DNA of 64,000 nt from Candidatus Poribacteria bacterium (GTDB taxonomy: Bacteria; Poribacteria; WGA-4E; WGA-3G). The notes beneath the pieces were generated by a model. It worked only from the letters and a program-made list of their open reading frames with translations, did not search any database and was not told the origin of the DNA. Location: positions 1,035 to 65,034 of the forward strand of contig PYJA01000131.1 of NCBI GenBank assembly GCA_003635185.1, given 5' to 3'. Positions 49,126 to 58,565 of the stretch are shown one piece after another. Numbering within the stretch: the first letter of the stretch is position 1; each line of letters begins with the position of its first letter. Both the position numbers and the translations under genes were made by a program.

Positions 49126-50217
49126 CTAAATGTTTTCCCAATTGATCTCATCAAGAGTTTGTGCGGTTACAGCCTGCTCAAAAAGTGTATCAAGACGGGA
49201 AAGACTCCGCATCACAGAAACCTTGGTGATAAGCGTTTCCGGAACAGGATCAAAACGGAGATGAAGCAGTTTTAGGAGGGACTCCCGCTTTGCCCGAATT
49301 TCACCTCGTTTTTCACCTCGTTTTTCACCTCGTTTTTCTCCGTGTTCTTCCCCTTGTTGAATTAGGTATTCAGCCATTGTTTGTGCCATTGTTTCTCCCT
49401 CCTCTCTACGGGATGGTTCTTTCATTTGCTTGTGAATCAGCGTTTGCAATTCTTCATGTTCTTTAGGCGGACGGCGATGCAGTATCAATAGATACAGATA
49501 GAAAATGGAGCGTCGCCACTGTCCTATTTTCTCTGCATCAAGTGTGTCAATATGCGTTACCGCTTCCATCAACGCAGCGCGTATCTCTTCCTTAGTCGAG
49601 TGTTCTTTTTGTAACACGGTAAGCAACCACCCGAACGGATGATCTGTTCTCGTTAGCTCGCTTGTATCCGTGTGCTTCACACTCAGAAACAACGTATCAA
49701 ATTTCGGGATAAATCCGGAGAGTATATCAGGCAAATTCATCAAGCTGCTAAGTGATAACGGTGTGTGCCATGTCTGTTCCCCAGTGTAAAAAACAATCGG
49801 AATAATCGGACGCAACCGCCACACACTTTTTGGAACGTTGTTTGACTCTAACTCACGGCGTTGAAAATCCCAGATCTGCATCATATAGAACAGCACGCGA
49901 AACCCCATCATCGGGTCAACCGTGGATTGATGTTCTATTAGAATATAGATCAGCAGTTCATCTGTTGCCGATTCCCCACGAAACGGTACCCGATACACAA
50001 GATCAGACTCCTGTTCCCGCAAATTGTCCGGTATGAAACTCCTATTGATATGTAGGAGCCGACTAAAATCAAGTCTCTCTACAAGGTTCACCGCGACAAT
50101 TTCCAATAGCCCCCGCACGTTATCGCTATCCTCCAGCAGCCATCGCGTGCTACGGTCATGGAAATGTTCTATCGGAAAATCAAAAGATGTAAGTGCTTCT
50201 ATCTCTCTGTCAGTCAT
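49126..50217 (-). CDS. Rpn/YhgA-like PD-(D/E)xK recombination-promoting nuclease (putative transposase) with DUF4351-like tail
   Basis: 363 aa. 'HDRSTRWLL', 'ESDLVYRVPF' and 'LLIYILIEHQS' match the Rpn-family core (D...E.Q) as I remember it. Confidence 0.75.
   Translation of the reverse strand: MTDREIEALTSFDFPIEHFHDRSTRWLLEDSDNVRGLLEIVAVNLVERLDFSRLLHINRSFIPDNLREQESDLVYRVPFRGESATDELLIYILIEHQSTVDPMMGFRVLFYMMQIWDFQRRELESNNVPKSVWRLRPIIPIVFYTGEQTWHTPLSLSSLMNLPDILSGFIPKFDTLFLSVKHTDTSELTRTDHPFGWLLTVLQKEHSTKEEIRAALMEAVTHIDTLDAEKIGQWRRSIFYLYLLILHRRPPKEHEELQTLIHKQMKEPSRREEGETMAQTMAEYLIQQGEEHGEKRGEKRGEKRGEIRAKRESLLKLLHLRFDPVPETLITKVSVMRSLSRLDTLFEQAVTAQTLDEINWENI
49301..49336. repeat. 12-bp x3 tandem repeat (TCACCTCGTTTT) encoding GEKR x3 in the Rpn-like gene
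   Basis: Read directly. It is absent from the duplicated copy at 48864-49091. Confidence 0.85.
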
Positions 50218-50367
50218 AACAGAATTATGTTATATAACGTTATAGCAATCAAAAAGTTTAAAAATGATTATGCCATTTTAAGACGTAAAGGGTTTTATTG
50301 TCAACCCTTTTAAAAAAATGTGGTAGAATAAAATAAAAGTCGATAGCAACTTGCGTTAAAATAGAAA

Positions 50368-52353
50368 CTACCAAGTAAACGCTACTTTCGCAAACAGTTG
50401 ATTAACAGTCTCTTCCGCATCTTGGTCACCGTAAACGAGATACAGAACAAAATCTTGAAGGAACATGTATTTAAAGACAGCATTCAGATTTGGTTTGTGC
50501 TCCCCTCCTGACCGCAAGCGGAATGTGATCCATTTTTCATTGCCTATCTCAAAGTTTGCACTTGAACGTAGGGAAAACTTGCGGGTTTTATGTCCATCAG
50601 GAAATGTTTGCCACAGGTTTTCACCTGCAATTCCGATTGACATAAACTGGAACGGTATTAGGTTCATCGCTGTAGTAACAAAGGTAGCCTTTGCTCCTTC
50701 AAATTCACCATATTGACAAACAACAAAGATACGATCTGGTTTTTGTCTGTTATACACTGCTTGCGCTGCAACTACCCAATTTGTGTGGACATCGTAAGAC
50801 CAATTTCTAACGAAAAATCCTGTCTGAATCTTCTCTCCTAAATCAAATTCCACCAGTTGAAAATGATCGCCTCGTATCCTTTCACCTGCTTGGTTCCAAG
50901 TTACTTTTTGGACAGATTCAAACTTAACAGTCTGCAATAACCCCTTCTCAATAGGCCAACGATATACGCCCCAGAAACTGGGTTGTCGGATGTCTGTGAG
51001 TCGGACAAATCCATTGACCGGGTTAAATCCGGCAGAGATGTCCCTATAAGCCAGGCTAAAAATGGGATTGCCTCTACGATATATTTCCGCTAAAATAGCA
51101 CGACGATTCTCACGCTCTGGTTCCCAATTTCCTGCATAATTCGCCACAAAATTAAACGCTTTTGGCAAACGAATCCTTGTATCAACAGCAGCTGACCTAT
51201 TATAAGTTTCCTGTACCTCCTTTGATGCAAAGAAAACGCCAACAGATGATGAATTTCCGGCATCCCATGATCCTCGCGCCAAGACGTTATGACTGTCATC
51301 TACTGTTTCTTTGATATGCATCAAGCCATAAGTTGCCTTTCCTGTTTTGCCAATTAGCTTCGCGCCATAGTCTATCTCGCCAATGCGGCGACTGTAAAAC
51401 AGGGAGATCGGTGCCCTAAAAATTCTACCATCTTCTTGAAAGAAAGGGCGTCGATCAGTTAATCGCTGCTCCAGATCGGATAGGACAATACCCTGCACTT
51501 CAGACTCAATATGACTGAAATCTGGGTTGATCGTACATATCAAAGAGGTACTTGTGGTTAGTTTATACGACCCATCTACACCTATTGCGGGTGTTAATCG
51601 GTCTGCCAAAGCGTCAGAATTTGAGTCATCTCCTAATCCCAATGAAAAATACCCACCGAGTTCAAATTTCTTTCCAATGTTCTTTGGATTTACCTCAAGG
51701 TTTGTCAAGCTACCGAATTCGTTTGCATCAGAAACGTTAACGCCTGTATCTGCCCAGGTACTGGTTCGGTCCAGACTTTGATGGCGGCGCACTAAGTTTA
51801 AACCCCATGTCTGCTTCTCAGTACGCGGCAAGTCAAGTATTTGATATGGGATTTTCATCTCAACAGTCCAAACTGATTCTTCAACGATTGCTGCTGCTGT
51901 CCATTCACCATCCCAACCAAGGTCACCCTGCTTTTCATCCAGTTGTGTGCCAAGCGGATTTACGGCAAAGCCATAGGTGCGGCGTTTGTCATGATACGTA
52001 TCAAGATAGACGGCAACATGGTCTTCAAACTTAAAGCTACCATCTTTTCGTGTCTGATTCGCAATCATAGTCGATTTATCCTGAAAACACCGAAAACCGA
52101 TATAGAGCGCTGTTCCATCAAATCCAAGATATACTTGTGTTTTGTCTGGCAATGTTGTTTCCAATTCTGCTACTACGAACTTTTCAATTGATGGCACTTG
52201 TTGCCAAGGAATATCATCAAGTTTACCATCTATCACAGGAGCGGTTTCAAATTTTTTAACTTCTATCGTCTGAGAATAGGCTGTTAGATTCGTAAGCAAG
52301 AAACAGACGATAAAGCAGATCGCAAGTGTCAAGAAAGGAGCGAAGTTTTTCAT
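50368..52353 (-). CDS. CBM9-like/DUF5916-type outer-membrane-associated protein
   Basis: 661 aa with a signal peptide. 'APVIDGKLDDIPWQQ' is the CBM9/DOMON-like opening. The C-terminus is beta-rich and ends in an aromatic residue (FTW). Confidence 0.65.
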   Translation of the reverse strand: MKNFAPFLTLAICFIVCFLLTNLTAYSQTIEVKKFETAPVIDGKLDDIPWQQVPSIEKFVVAELETTLPDKTQVYLGFDGTALYIGFRCFQDKSTMIANQTRKDGSFKFEDHVAVYLDTYHDKRRTYGFAVNPLGTQLDEKQGDLGWDGEWTAAAIVEESVWTVEMKIPYQILDLPRTEKQTWGLNLVRRHQSLDRTSTWADTGVNVSDANEFGSLTNLEVNPKNIGKKFELGGYFSLGLGDDSNSDALADRLTPAIGVDGSYKLTTSTSLICTINPDFSHIESEVQGIVLSDLEQRLTDRRPFFQEDGRIFRAPISLFYSRRIGEIDYGAKLIGKTGKATYGLMHIKETVDDSHNVLARGSWDAGNSSSVGVFFASKEVQETYNRSAAVDTRIRLPKAFNFVANYAGNWEPERENRRAILAEIYRRGNPIFSLAYRDISAGFNPVNGFVRLTDIRQPSFWGVYRWPIEKGLLQTVKFESVQKVTWNQAGERIRGDHFQLVEFDLGEKIQTGFFVRNWSYDVHTNWVVAAQAVYNRQKPDRIFVVCQYGEFEGAKATFVTTAMNLIPFQFMSIGIAGENLWQTFPDGHKTRKFSLRSSANFEIGNEKWITFRLRSGGEHKPNLNAVFKYMFLQDFVLYLVYGDQDAEETVNQLFAKVAFTW

Positions 52354-52392
52354 TTTTTATCCTCTTATTAAATATTTGGGTTTCTTAAAAAC

Positions 52393-52523
52393 AGGACTTA
52401 CGCATTTTCTCTCAAAGTCCCCTTGATAAGGGGGATTTAGGGGGTTAAAAAGACGAAAAACACTGAAATACTGGACTATTTAACCCCCCTGCCCCCCTTA
52501 TCAAGGGGGAATGCGTAAGTCCT
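52393..52523 (-). mobile_element. MITE-like repeat, copy 3 (perfect 14-bp TIR AGGACTTACGCATT)
   Basis: aggacttacgcatt...aatgcgtaagtcct. The interior matches the reverse complement of copies 1 and 2. Confidence 0.7.
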
Positions 52524-52702
52524 GAAAAAAATAAAAATCTGGCACTAAAAGCAAAGGGTTGAACTAATCTCGGTTTGATAATATTTCAACCAAATTTAGC
52601 TTAGCACCAGAAAATCATGGGTGTTGTTTTGTCGTTTGAATCACAAGTTTTGAAGTTTTTAGTCTGTATCCATAGATAGGAAGAAGATATTTGTTTGAGA
52701 AT

Positions 52703-53755
52703 TTACGGATGATTAACTGAAGTTTCTATATTCAATTCTTGAAGAACTGTAATAGCCTTTTTTGCTAAATCAGTTGTCGGATCTCTTTTGACGATTCGGT
52801 TTAATTGTAACACAGCGCGATCGTCTCCATCCTTTGCCAACGCTAATGCTTCTTCAAACCCTTTGAGTGAATAACTGAAGTCTCTTGGCAGGACAGTGAG
52901 GTCATGGTTTTTCCAATAATACTTGAGATCACCAGATTCCCAGTTGCGATAAACATCGTCCCATTGCAATGAGTTGAAAATGTTCAAGTGTGGTTCAAGC
53001 ATGTGTTCTGCTATTGGATCGTCAACTGCCTGATAGCGGTTATCAAGTGACACGCGAAGTCTATCCTCAGTCAAATTCGGTAGTGCCTTGTGGATAGTCA
53101 AGGCAGGGAATATCAACGTGTCGCCTATCTCGTAGTTTGTGGAATGCCATTCACCTGACAATTCGTCAGTATTAACGCATAGACCACCAGCACCGAGTGA
53201 AAAGTGGTGTTCCATGACTTTATTGACTTTGTGTGAACCCGGTAAGACAGCCAAACCCCCTAATTCTATCGGACAATCACCAACTGGTGCCCAACAGGTG
53301 TAGGTCTGAAAATTGCCTTGGAAGTGAACGAAGTCTTGATGTATCGGTGTCGTGTGCGCGGTATACTTCGGATACCAGAGACGTGCGATCTTCTGTGGAT
53401 GCGGCAGCACCTCTCTACCGATAATCCTCTCTACCATATCAACGACTTCGGGCCAATGTCCAGAACGGTGGAACACCTCTAACTTATATACTTCATGGTA
53501 TACATCGGTATATTCAGGATCGCCCTCAGTACACTGTGTGGAAATATCAGCGATGCCGTCCATCGGATCGGTCCCCGCAACGAGCCAACCGCCTTCCTGC
53601 ATTGTCGTTAACATCTCTCGCCGCAACGCCAAGAGTTTGTCAGGAGCTTGCAGTTTCTTAAAAAAAAGATACCCTGCTTCTGACATCCGGGCGCGTAACT
53701 CTTCTGAATCGTTTATCGCATCGTTTGATACGCGAAGTTCCTTTAGTTTCTCCAT
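52703..53755 (-). CDS. PhyH-family Fe(II)/2OG dioxygenase with C-terminal helical extension
   Basis: 350 aa. 'TTPIHQDFVHF' (HxD) and 'LIFPALTIHKALPN' (distal His) match the PhyH-like pattern. Confidence 0.7.
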   Translation of the reverse strand: MEKLKELRVSNDAINDSEELRARMSEAGYLFFKKLQAPDKLLALRREMLTTMQEGGWLVAGTDPMDGIADISTQCTEGDPEYTDVYHEVYKLEVFHRSGHWPEVVDMVERIIGREVLPHPQKIARLWYPKYTAHTTPIHQDFVHFQGNFQTYTCWAPVGDCPIELGGLAVLPGSHKVNKVMEHHFSLGAGGLCVNTDELSGEWHSTNYEIGDTLIFPALTIHKALPNLTEDRLRVSLDNRYQAVDDPIAEHMLEPHLNIFNSLQWDDVYRNWESGDLKYYWKNHDLTVLPRDFSYSLKGFEEALALAKDGDDRAVLQLNRIVKRDPTTDLAKKAITVLQELNIETSVNHP

Positions 53756-53849
53756 TTTAGTTTCTCCTTGTGGCTATCCAACGTAACGACTTGTGCCAGT
53801 TAACTAATTGTTTGTCCTATTTTCACATATATTGAACTTTATGTTGGAC

Positions 53850-53925
53850 ACATATCGTCCCTACGGGACTAAAGACAGGGTCCTCAACGTTTTTCTATAA
53901 ACATATCGTCCCTACGGGACTAAAG
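53850..53925 (-). repeat. Doublet of the 25-bp hairpin repeat (same family as 9414-9587)
   Basis: Copies at 53850-53874 and 53901-53925 with a 26-bp spacer. The first 17 nt of that spacer (ttatagaaaaacgttga, minus-strand reading) match the 9439-9464 spacer. Confidence 0.85.
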
Positions 53926-53996
53926 AGCGTCTCAATTAATGAAGGATATGCGGACAAACCCTTATTTATGTGAAGCAATTGGTTACTAAAAGTTAT

Positions 53997-55049
53997 TTAG
54001 CACAACTCGTCAACGTAAGATCCATGACTGATCAAACTTTGTGATTCTATTAGGTTTTCCTCAAATAACCTATTAGACAACTCATCAATACGCATCTGGG
54101 CAATTTGATTATATGTTTCGTCTTTCTCGATCATTATCCATTTACGGTTATGTTGCTCAGCAACGACTGCTGTAGTCCCAGAACCTGAGAATGGGTCAAG
54201 AATGAGATCGCCTTCATTAGTTCCTGCCAACATAATCCGATTGACAACTGCTACAGGTTTTTGAGAAGGATGTTTACCATGCTTTCGCTCTGTTCGTGGC
54301 GTAAGCGGAATTTCCCACATGTTTCGCATCTGTTTACCACTGTTCATCGCCTTCATTGTTTCATAATTGAATGTCCAGTTTTTTGCTTTTTTGCTTTCAT
54401 TGTTGACAGCCCAAATAATAAACTCCGTAGACTCAGTAAACATTCGACAGGTAATATTAGGCTGCGCATTAGGTTTGAACCAAACAATTTGAGAAATAAT
54501 CCGTCTGTCAAACATATTTTGAAGAATGAAACCGATTGTAAAGATACAGTGAAAAGATCCAAAAATGAATAAATTTCCGTTTGTCTTTAACACTCTCAGC
54601 ACTTCTTTTATCCAATTCACTGAGAACTGAAAATAGTCGTCCTTTGAAAAAATATCCCACTGTTCCTGCATTGTGACGTGAGAACTAAATGCCCACCCCA
54701 ATCCTTTTGTTTTGGACATATTAAACGGTGGATCGGTGATACAACAATCAAAGACTCCATCTGGAAAGGAAGAAAGAATTTCTAAGCAATCGCCTGAAAG
54801 AATTTGATTAACAGGAAGATTATCGGTTGTTCCTCCTAAAATAGTTGGTGAATATTCTATGCCTTCAGAAGAAGGATCGTGAATTTCACCCTCCACAATA
54901 GCTGGTGCTTTTTTGGGATTTTTCAGCGGGTGGATACCTGTTGAGAGATATTCAATCAATTGGGCTTTTCTTAACGACGAGTACCCTTGCAACCCACGTT
55001 TTTTGAGTTCTTTTCTCAGATCTATATTTCGCATTTGGTGAAAATTCAT
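53997..55049 (-). CDS. Beta-class N6A/N4C DNA methyltransferase with SAP/Rho-N-like N-terminal domain
   Basis: 350 aa. 'CITDPPFN' (motif IV) precedes 'DPFSGSGTTAV' (motif I). N-terminal 'LRKELKKRGLQGYSSLRKAQLIEYL'. No adjacent endonuclease gene. Confidence 0.85.
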   Translation of the reverse strand: MNFHQMRNIDLRKELKKRGLQGYSSLRKAQLIEYLSTGIHPLKNPKKAPAIVEGEIHDPSSEGIEYSPTILGGTTDNLPVNQILSGDCLEILSSFPDGVFDCCITDPPFNMSKTKGLGWAFSSHVTMQEQWDIFSKDDYFQFSVNWIKEVLRVLKTNGNLFIFGSFHCIFTIGFILQNMFDRRIISQIVWFKPNAQPNITCRMFTESTEFIIWAVNNESKKAKNWTFNYETMKAMNSGKQMRNMWEIPLTPRTERKHGKHPSQKPVAVVNRIMLAGTNEGDLILDPFSGSGTTAVVAEQHNRKWIMIEKDETYNQIAQMRIDELSNRLFEENLIESQSLISHGSYVDELC

Positions 55050-55145
55050 CTGTTTGGTTAGTTCCTATCGCCAAAATATGGGCACTCATGTCCACCCAGT
55101 ATTGAAGGTTCTGCTTCAACCTTCCGATTCTACTGCCTCATGTGC

Positions 55146-55349
55146 TTAAGCGGGTTTGGAGTTTCTCAGTTTCATTGCTGCTGCACTGATATCCTCCACG
55201 CTCTTTTCATCCCACAGTTTCCGCTGCCACTTGGTGTAATCAAACGGGGAGCGCATAATCAGCGCGATGAACTTTTCAGCCTGTACATCACCTAAAGCTT
55301 CCGTAAGTGCCTTTAAACCTTCTACCTTCAGTTCTTCATCTGTTATCAT
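55146..55349 (-). CDS. Small hypothetical protein (possible antitoxin-like partner of a decayed PIN gene)
   Basis: 67 aa. Its ATG overlaps the end of the PIN-like fragment. I recognise no motif. Confidence 0.4.
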   Translation of the reverse strand: MITDEELKVEGLKALTEALGDVQAEKFIALIMRSPFDYTKWQRKLWDEKSVEDISAAAMKLRNSKPA

Positions 55350-55500
55350 GGAATATACTCCTAATAAAACTTGGGGGATCTATAACCCTGATATCTTCAA
55401 AACTAACTGTTCTCTTCAGAATTACATCATCTGTGGTGGCAAAGTAATCACATTTCGCTGCAATAGCACAAGATATAAGTCCTGAAGAGGTTCCGATTTG
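55336..55500 (-). pseudogene. C-terminal fragment of a PIN-domain (VapC-like) protein
   Basis: My reverse translation gives QIGTSSGLISCAIAAKCDYFATTDDVILKRTVSFEDIRVIDPPSFIRSIFHDNR*, the 'A.A..a.cDyf.TtDd.il' C-terminal PIN segment. A stop codon lies directly upstream, so the N-terminal two-thirds are missing. Confidence 0.35.
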
Positions 55501-55565
55501 TTACCTTCTTTCCTGTTAACAAATTATACCATGAACCTATCTCTAATACAACATTCCCAAGTATT

Positions 55566-56462
55566 TTATTTCGTGCCTATTGCCAGTATATGAGAGCTCA
55601 TACCGAGTATTGACGGCTCTGCTTCAACCTTCCGAATGAAATCTAAAACAGCAGCACGTTGGTTAGGGTTTTCCCAATAACTTTCAACTGATCTAAAAAG
55701 CCATGCTGGTCCTTGTACAGCAAGCGTCGCTTGATGCTCAAAACCGGCTTCAACAACTTCAGAACTGAGTTCTTCGGGACGGTGAAGATATGCATCCGTA
55801 AAAAATTCTAAATTCTCCGTTGGGTTGCGATGGTAGCCTGTTTCGAGGTCGTTTTGAACAATGTCTCTGGAGACCGAGCTGCCTAATCGGTCTTTGCAGA
55901 AAAAATCAAGTAAAGAAGCGAAACGCGAGATACCGGCAGCAACCATAATTCCGCCATTCCGTAAGACACGATATGCTTCTCTCAGTGCAAGCAGCCGTTC
56001 ATTTTTAGCAATCAGATGATAGAGCGGTCCCAATAACAGAACAGCATCTGCAGACGCTGACGAAAAACGTAATTCCCGTGCGTCGCCAAGCGATATGCTG
56101 GCAATCGGGTGTTCCGACTGTAGAGTTGAGGCTTCTTTCGCCTGCTCAACATGTAAATCCACAGGATCCACAAGATGGACTTCATAGCCTGCCTTTGCTA
56201 ACCAACAAGCGTAGGGACCAGAACCACCACCGATGTCCAAAACGACTGCGGGTGGCGTGGGTAAATAGCGCATGATAATCTCTTGCGTCCGCGCAAATTC
56301 TATCTGTCCTCTAACATCGTTTAGAAGCCGATTCGACTCTTGTGTTTGTCTATAGAACGAAAGAATCTCATCTGAAAGCTGATACAAATGTTTATTCCTT
56401 CCTGTGGCGTTAATTCGCAATGTATAAATAGTTACAGCACTTTTTTGTATGCATAAGTCCAA
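55566..56462 (-). CDS. Class I SAM-dependent methyltransferase
   Basis: 'VLDIGGGSGPYACWLAKAGYEVHLVDP' (motif I plus an acidic residue). The track start overlaps the upstream GNAT gene by 31 nt. A TTG at 56387 preceded by GGAAGGA is a plausible true start. Confidence 0.8.
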   Translation of the reverse strand: MDLCIQKSAVTIYTLRINATGRNKHLYQLSDEILSFYRQTQESNRLLNDVRGQIEFARTQEIIMRYLPTPPAVVLDIGGGSGPYACWLAKAGYEVHLVDPVDLHVEQAKEASTLQSEHPIASISLGDARELRFSSASADAVLLLGPLYHLIAKNERLLALREAYRVLRNGGIMVAAGISRFASLLDFFCKDRLGSSVSRDIVQNDLETGYHRNPTENLEFFTDAYLHRPEELSSEVVEAGFEHQATLAVQGPAWLFRSVESYWENPNQRAAVLDFIRKVEAEPSILGMSSHILAIGTK

Positions 56463-57337
56463 TCAACAACCTTATAACCGCAGTTACTGTAAAAGAGCAA
56501 TGCAAGATTATTATTCCAATCCGTACTAAGTGAAGCATGCTTGTATCCGACTTTTTGCATCTCTTGAAGTGAATATTGCAGCAAATATTTGCCTAACCCT
56601 TGTCCCTGGTAATCATCTTCAACACCGAGCCAGTCGGTATAGACCCAATCTTGCACTTCGGCATGGCTTGAAAACTCTCCGCAAGAAACATTCCAACAGA
56701 CACCCACCTCTTCATCATCTTTGTGTGCCGTTATGTTACAGTTCGGCAGTTCACCGCGACCCTCTTTCCAGTCGACAGAAAGTGTTACCGATAGACTTGA
56801 AGGTGTTGGTTCCACAGTGAAGTTTTCCCAATTCAAAAATACCTGTCCGTTGCAACGTTGGTAACCATTTAGTCCGAGCAGTGCTTGAACGTGGTCAAGT
56901 GCATTTGATAGGTGTGCATATTCAAAGTGATAGAAACGGTATCTATAGATTTTAGAAAAAGCGATTATTCGAGAAACGTTATAAGTTTTTAGATAGGTTT
57001 CTGCCTTTTTAAGTGCAGCTTGTCCAGCATGCCGCGCACCGCGCTCATACCCTAAAAAGCGGATGACACCTACGTTCTCTTTCTCGTTATTTTCATTTTC
57101 GTCTTGATAGAAACCTACGTGAATAAATGCCTGAACGGTACCATTTTGCATCGCAACAAACGCCATCTGTGAATGAAGTTCTTCATGAACATTGTCGGTT
57201 TGACCAGTAACACCACTCAAGGCATCCGATAGTTCTTCCGCCTTTACGGGGTAACAATGTGGAACGTCGGTGGTCAGGCGATTGTAAAATTGGGTTAAAG
57301 CAGGCAGCATATCGGAGGTATATTTTATAATTTCCAT
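56432..57337 (-). CDS. GNAT-family N-acetyltransferase, two-lobed (paralog 1 of 3)
   Basis: 301 aa. The C-terminal lobe carries the acetyl-CoA motif 'YQGQGLGKYLLQYSL'. The N-terminal lobe has 'GYERGARHAGQAAL'. Confidence 0.75.
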   Translation of the reverse strand: MEIIKYTSDMLPALTQFYNRLTTDVPHCYPVKAEELSDALSGVTGQTDNVHEELHSQMAFVAMQNGTVQAFIHVGFYQDENENNEKENVGVIRFLGYERGARHAGQAALKKAETYLKTYNVSRIIAFSKIYRYRFYHFEYAHLSNALDHVQALLGLNGYQRCNGQVFLNWENFTVEPTPSSLSVTLSVDWKEGRGELPNCNITAHKDDEEVGVCWNVSCGEFSSHAEVQDWVYTDWLGVEDDYQGQGLGKYLLQYSLQEMQKVGYKHASLSTDWNNNLALLFYSNCGYKVVDWTYAYKKVL

Positions 57338-57590
57338 TTGTATCTTCTATTTTAACCTAAGTTGCTATCTATGTAGCGTAAACTTCCAGTTTGCGTCATA
57401 AGGGAGCAAACTGGAAGTGAAATCAACGGTATGAATCATGGCGAATGCCATACGCGCATTCGCCTTAATGGCATTCCCCGTGCTACAAAATATTGCTAAT
57501 TAACAGCATTTTTCATTAAAGACGATGTTTTCATGTCTAAAAACTTAAAAGCAATTGTAGGATGCCCAGAAAATGATACTAATTTTTGAA

Positions 57591-58517
57591 TCATGGATTA
57601 TTACTTGTGCCCTGGGTTTCGGAGATCTTTTTAACAAAATCATAAGTCCAATCTACAACTTTATATCCGCAGTTGCTATAAAAAAGAATTGGAAGGTATT
57701 CACAACATTCAGTATTAAGAGAAGCATGTCGGTATCCGACTTTATGCATCTCTTGAAGTGAGTATTGAAGCAAGTATTTTCCCAAACCTTGTCCCTGAAA
57801 ATCTTCTTCTACACTGAGCCATTCCGTATAAACCCAGTCTTGTGCATCGGGGTGACTTGAATATTCACCACCGCAGACAGAGACACAGATACCAATTTTT
57901 TCACCTTCTTGGTAGGCACGCACAGTACAGTTTGGACGTTGCCCACGCCCTTCATCCCACTCTACAGAGAGTGTTACCGGCAACCTTGGAGGTATTGGTG
58001 TGACAGAGTAGTTTTTCCAATCTAAGAAGACTTGACAGTAGTGAGGACTGTAACCGTTGTGTCCGAGAAGTGCATAAACATGATCAAGGGTAATTGAAAG
58101 AAAAGCATATCTTAAATGGTAAAAATGATATTTATACGATGAGAAAGCGGTAATTTGGGTCACGTTATACGTTTTCAGATATTCCTCCGCTTTTTCAAGC
58201 ACGGTTTGTCCGGCATGCCGCGCCCCGCGTTCGTAACCAAAAAACCGGACAACACCTTCGTGCCCTTCATTGTTGTTCCCATACCAACGATGACCAACGT
58301 GGATAAATGCCTGAACCGCGCCATTTTGTATCGCAACAAACGCTGTTTCTGCCTCAAGACCATCATTGGTATTATCGCTTTGACCCGTGACATTGCACAT
58401 TGCATCAGCCAGTTCTGCCTCCTTTACGGGGTAACAATGTGGCACGGCGGAGGTCAATCGATTATAAAATTGTGTTAAGGGTGTCTGTAAGTCAGGTGTA
58501 TATTGTAAAATTTCCAT
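57591..58517 (-). CDS. GNAT-family N-acetyltransferase (paralog 2 of 3)
   Basis: Start at MEILQYTPDL (58517), matching paralog 3. 'FQGQGLGKYLLQYSL'. Confidence 0.75.
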   Translation of the reverse strand: MEILQYTPDLQTPLTQFYNRLTSAVPHCYPVKEAELADAMCNVTGQSDNTNDGLEAETAFVAIQNGAVQAFIHVGHRWYGNNNEGHEGVVRFFGYERGARHAGQTVLEKAEEYLKTYNVTQITAFSSYKYHFYHLRYAFLSITLDHVYALLGHNGYSPHYCQVFLDWKNYSVTPIPPRLPVTLSVEWDEGRGQRPNCTVRAYQEGEKIGICVSVCGGEYSSHPDAQDWVYTEWLSVEEDFQGQGLGKYLLQYSLQEMHKVGYRHASLNTECCEYLPILFYSNCGYKVVDWTYDFVKKISETQGTSNNP

Positions 58518-58565
58518 CTGCATCTAATATTTTCCAATATGGAATGTTTCACAGGAACTGCTCAT

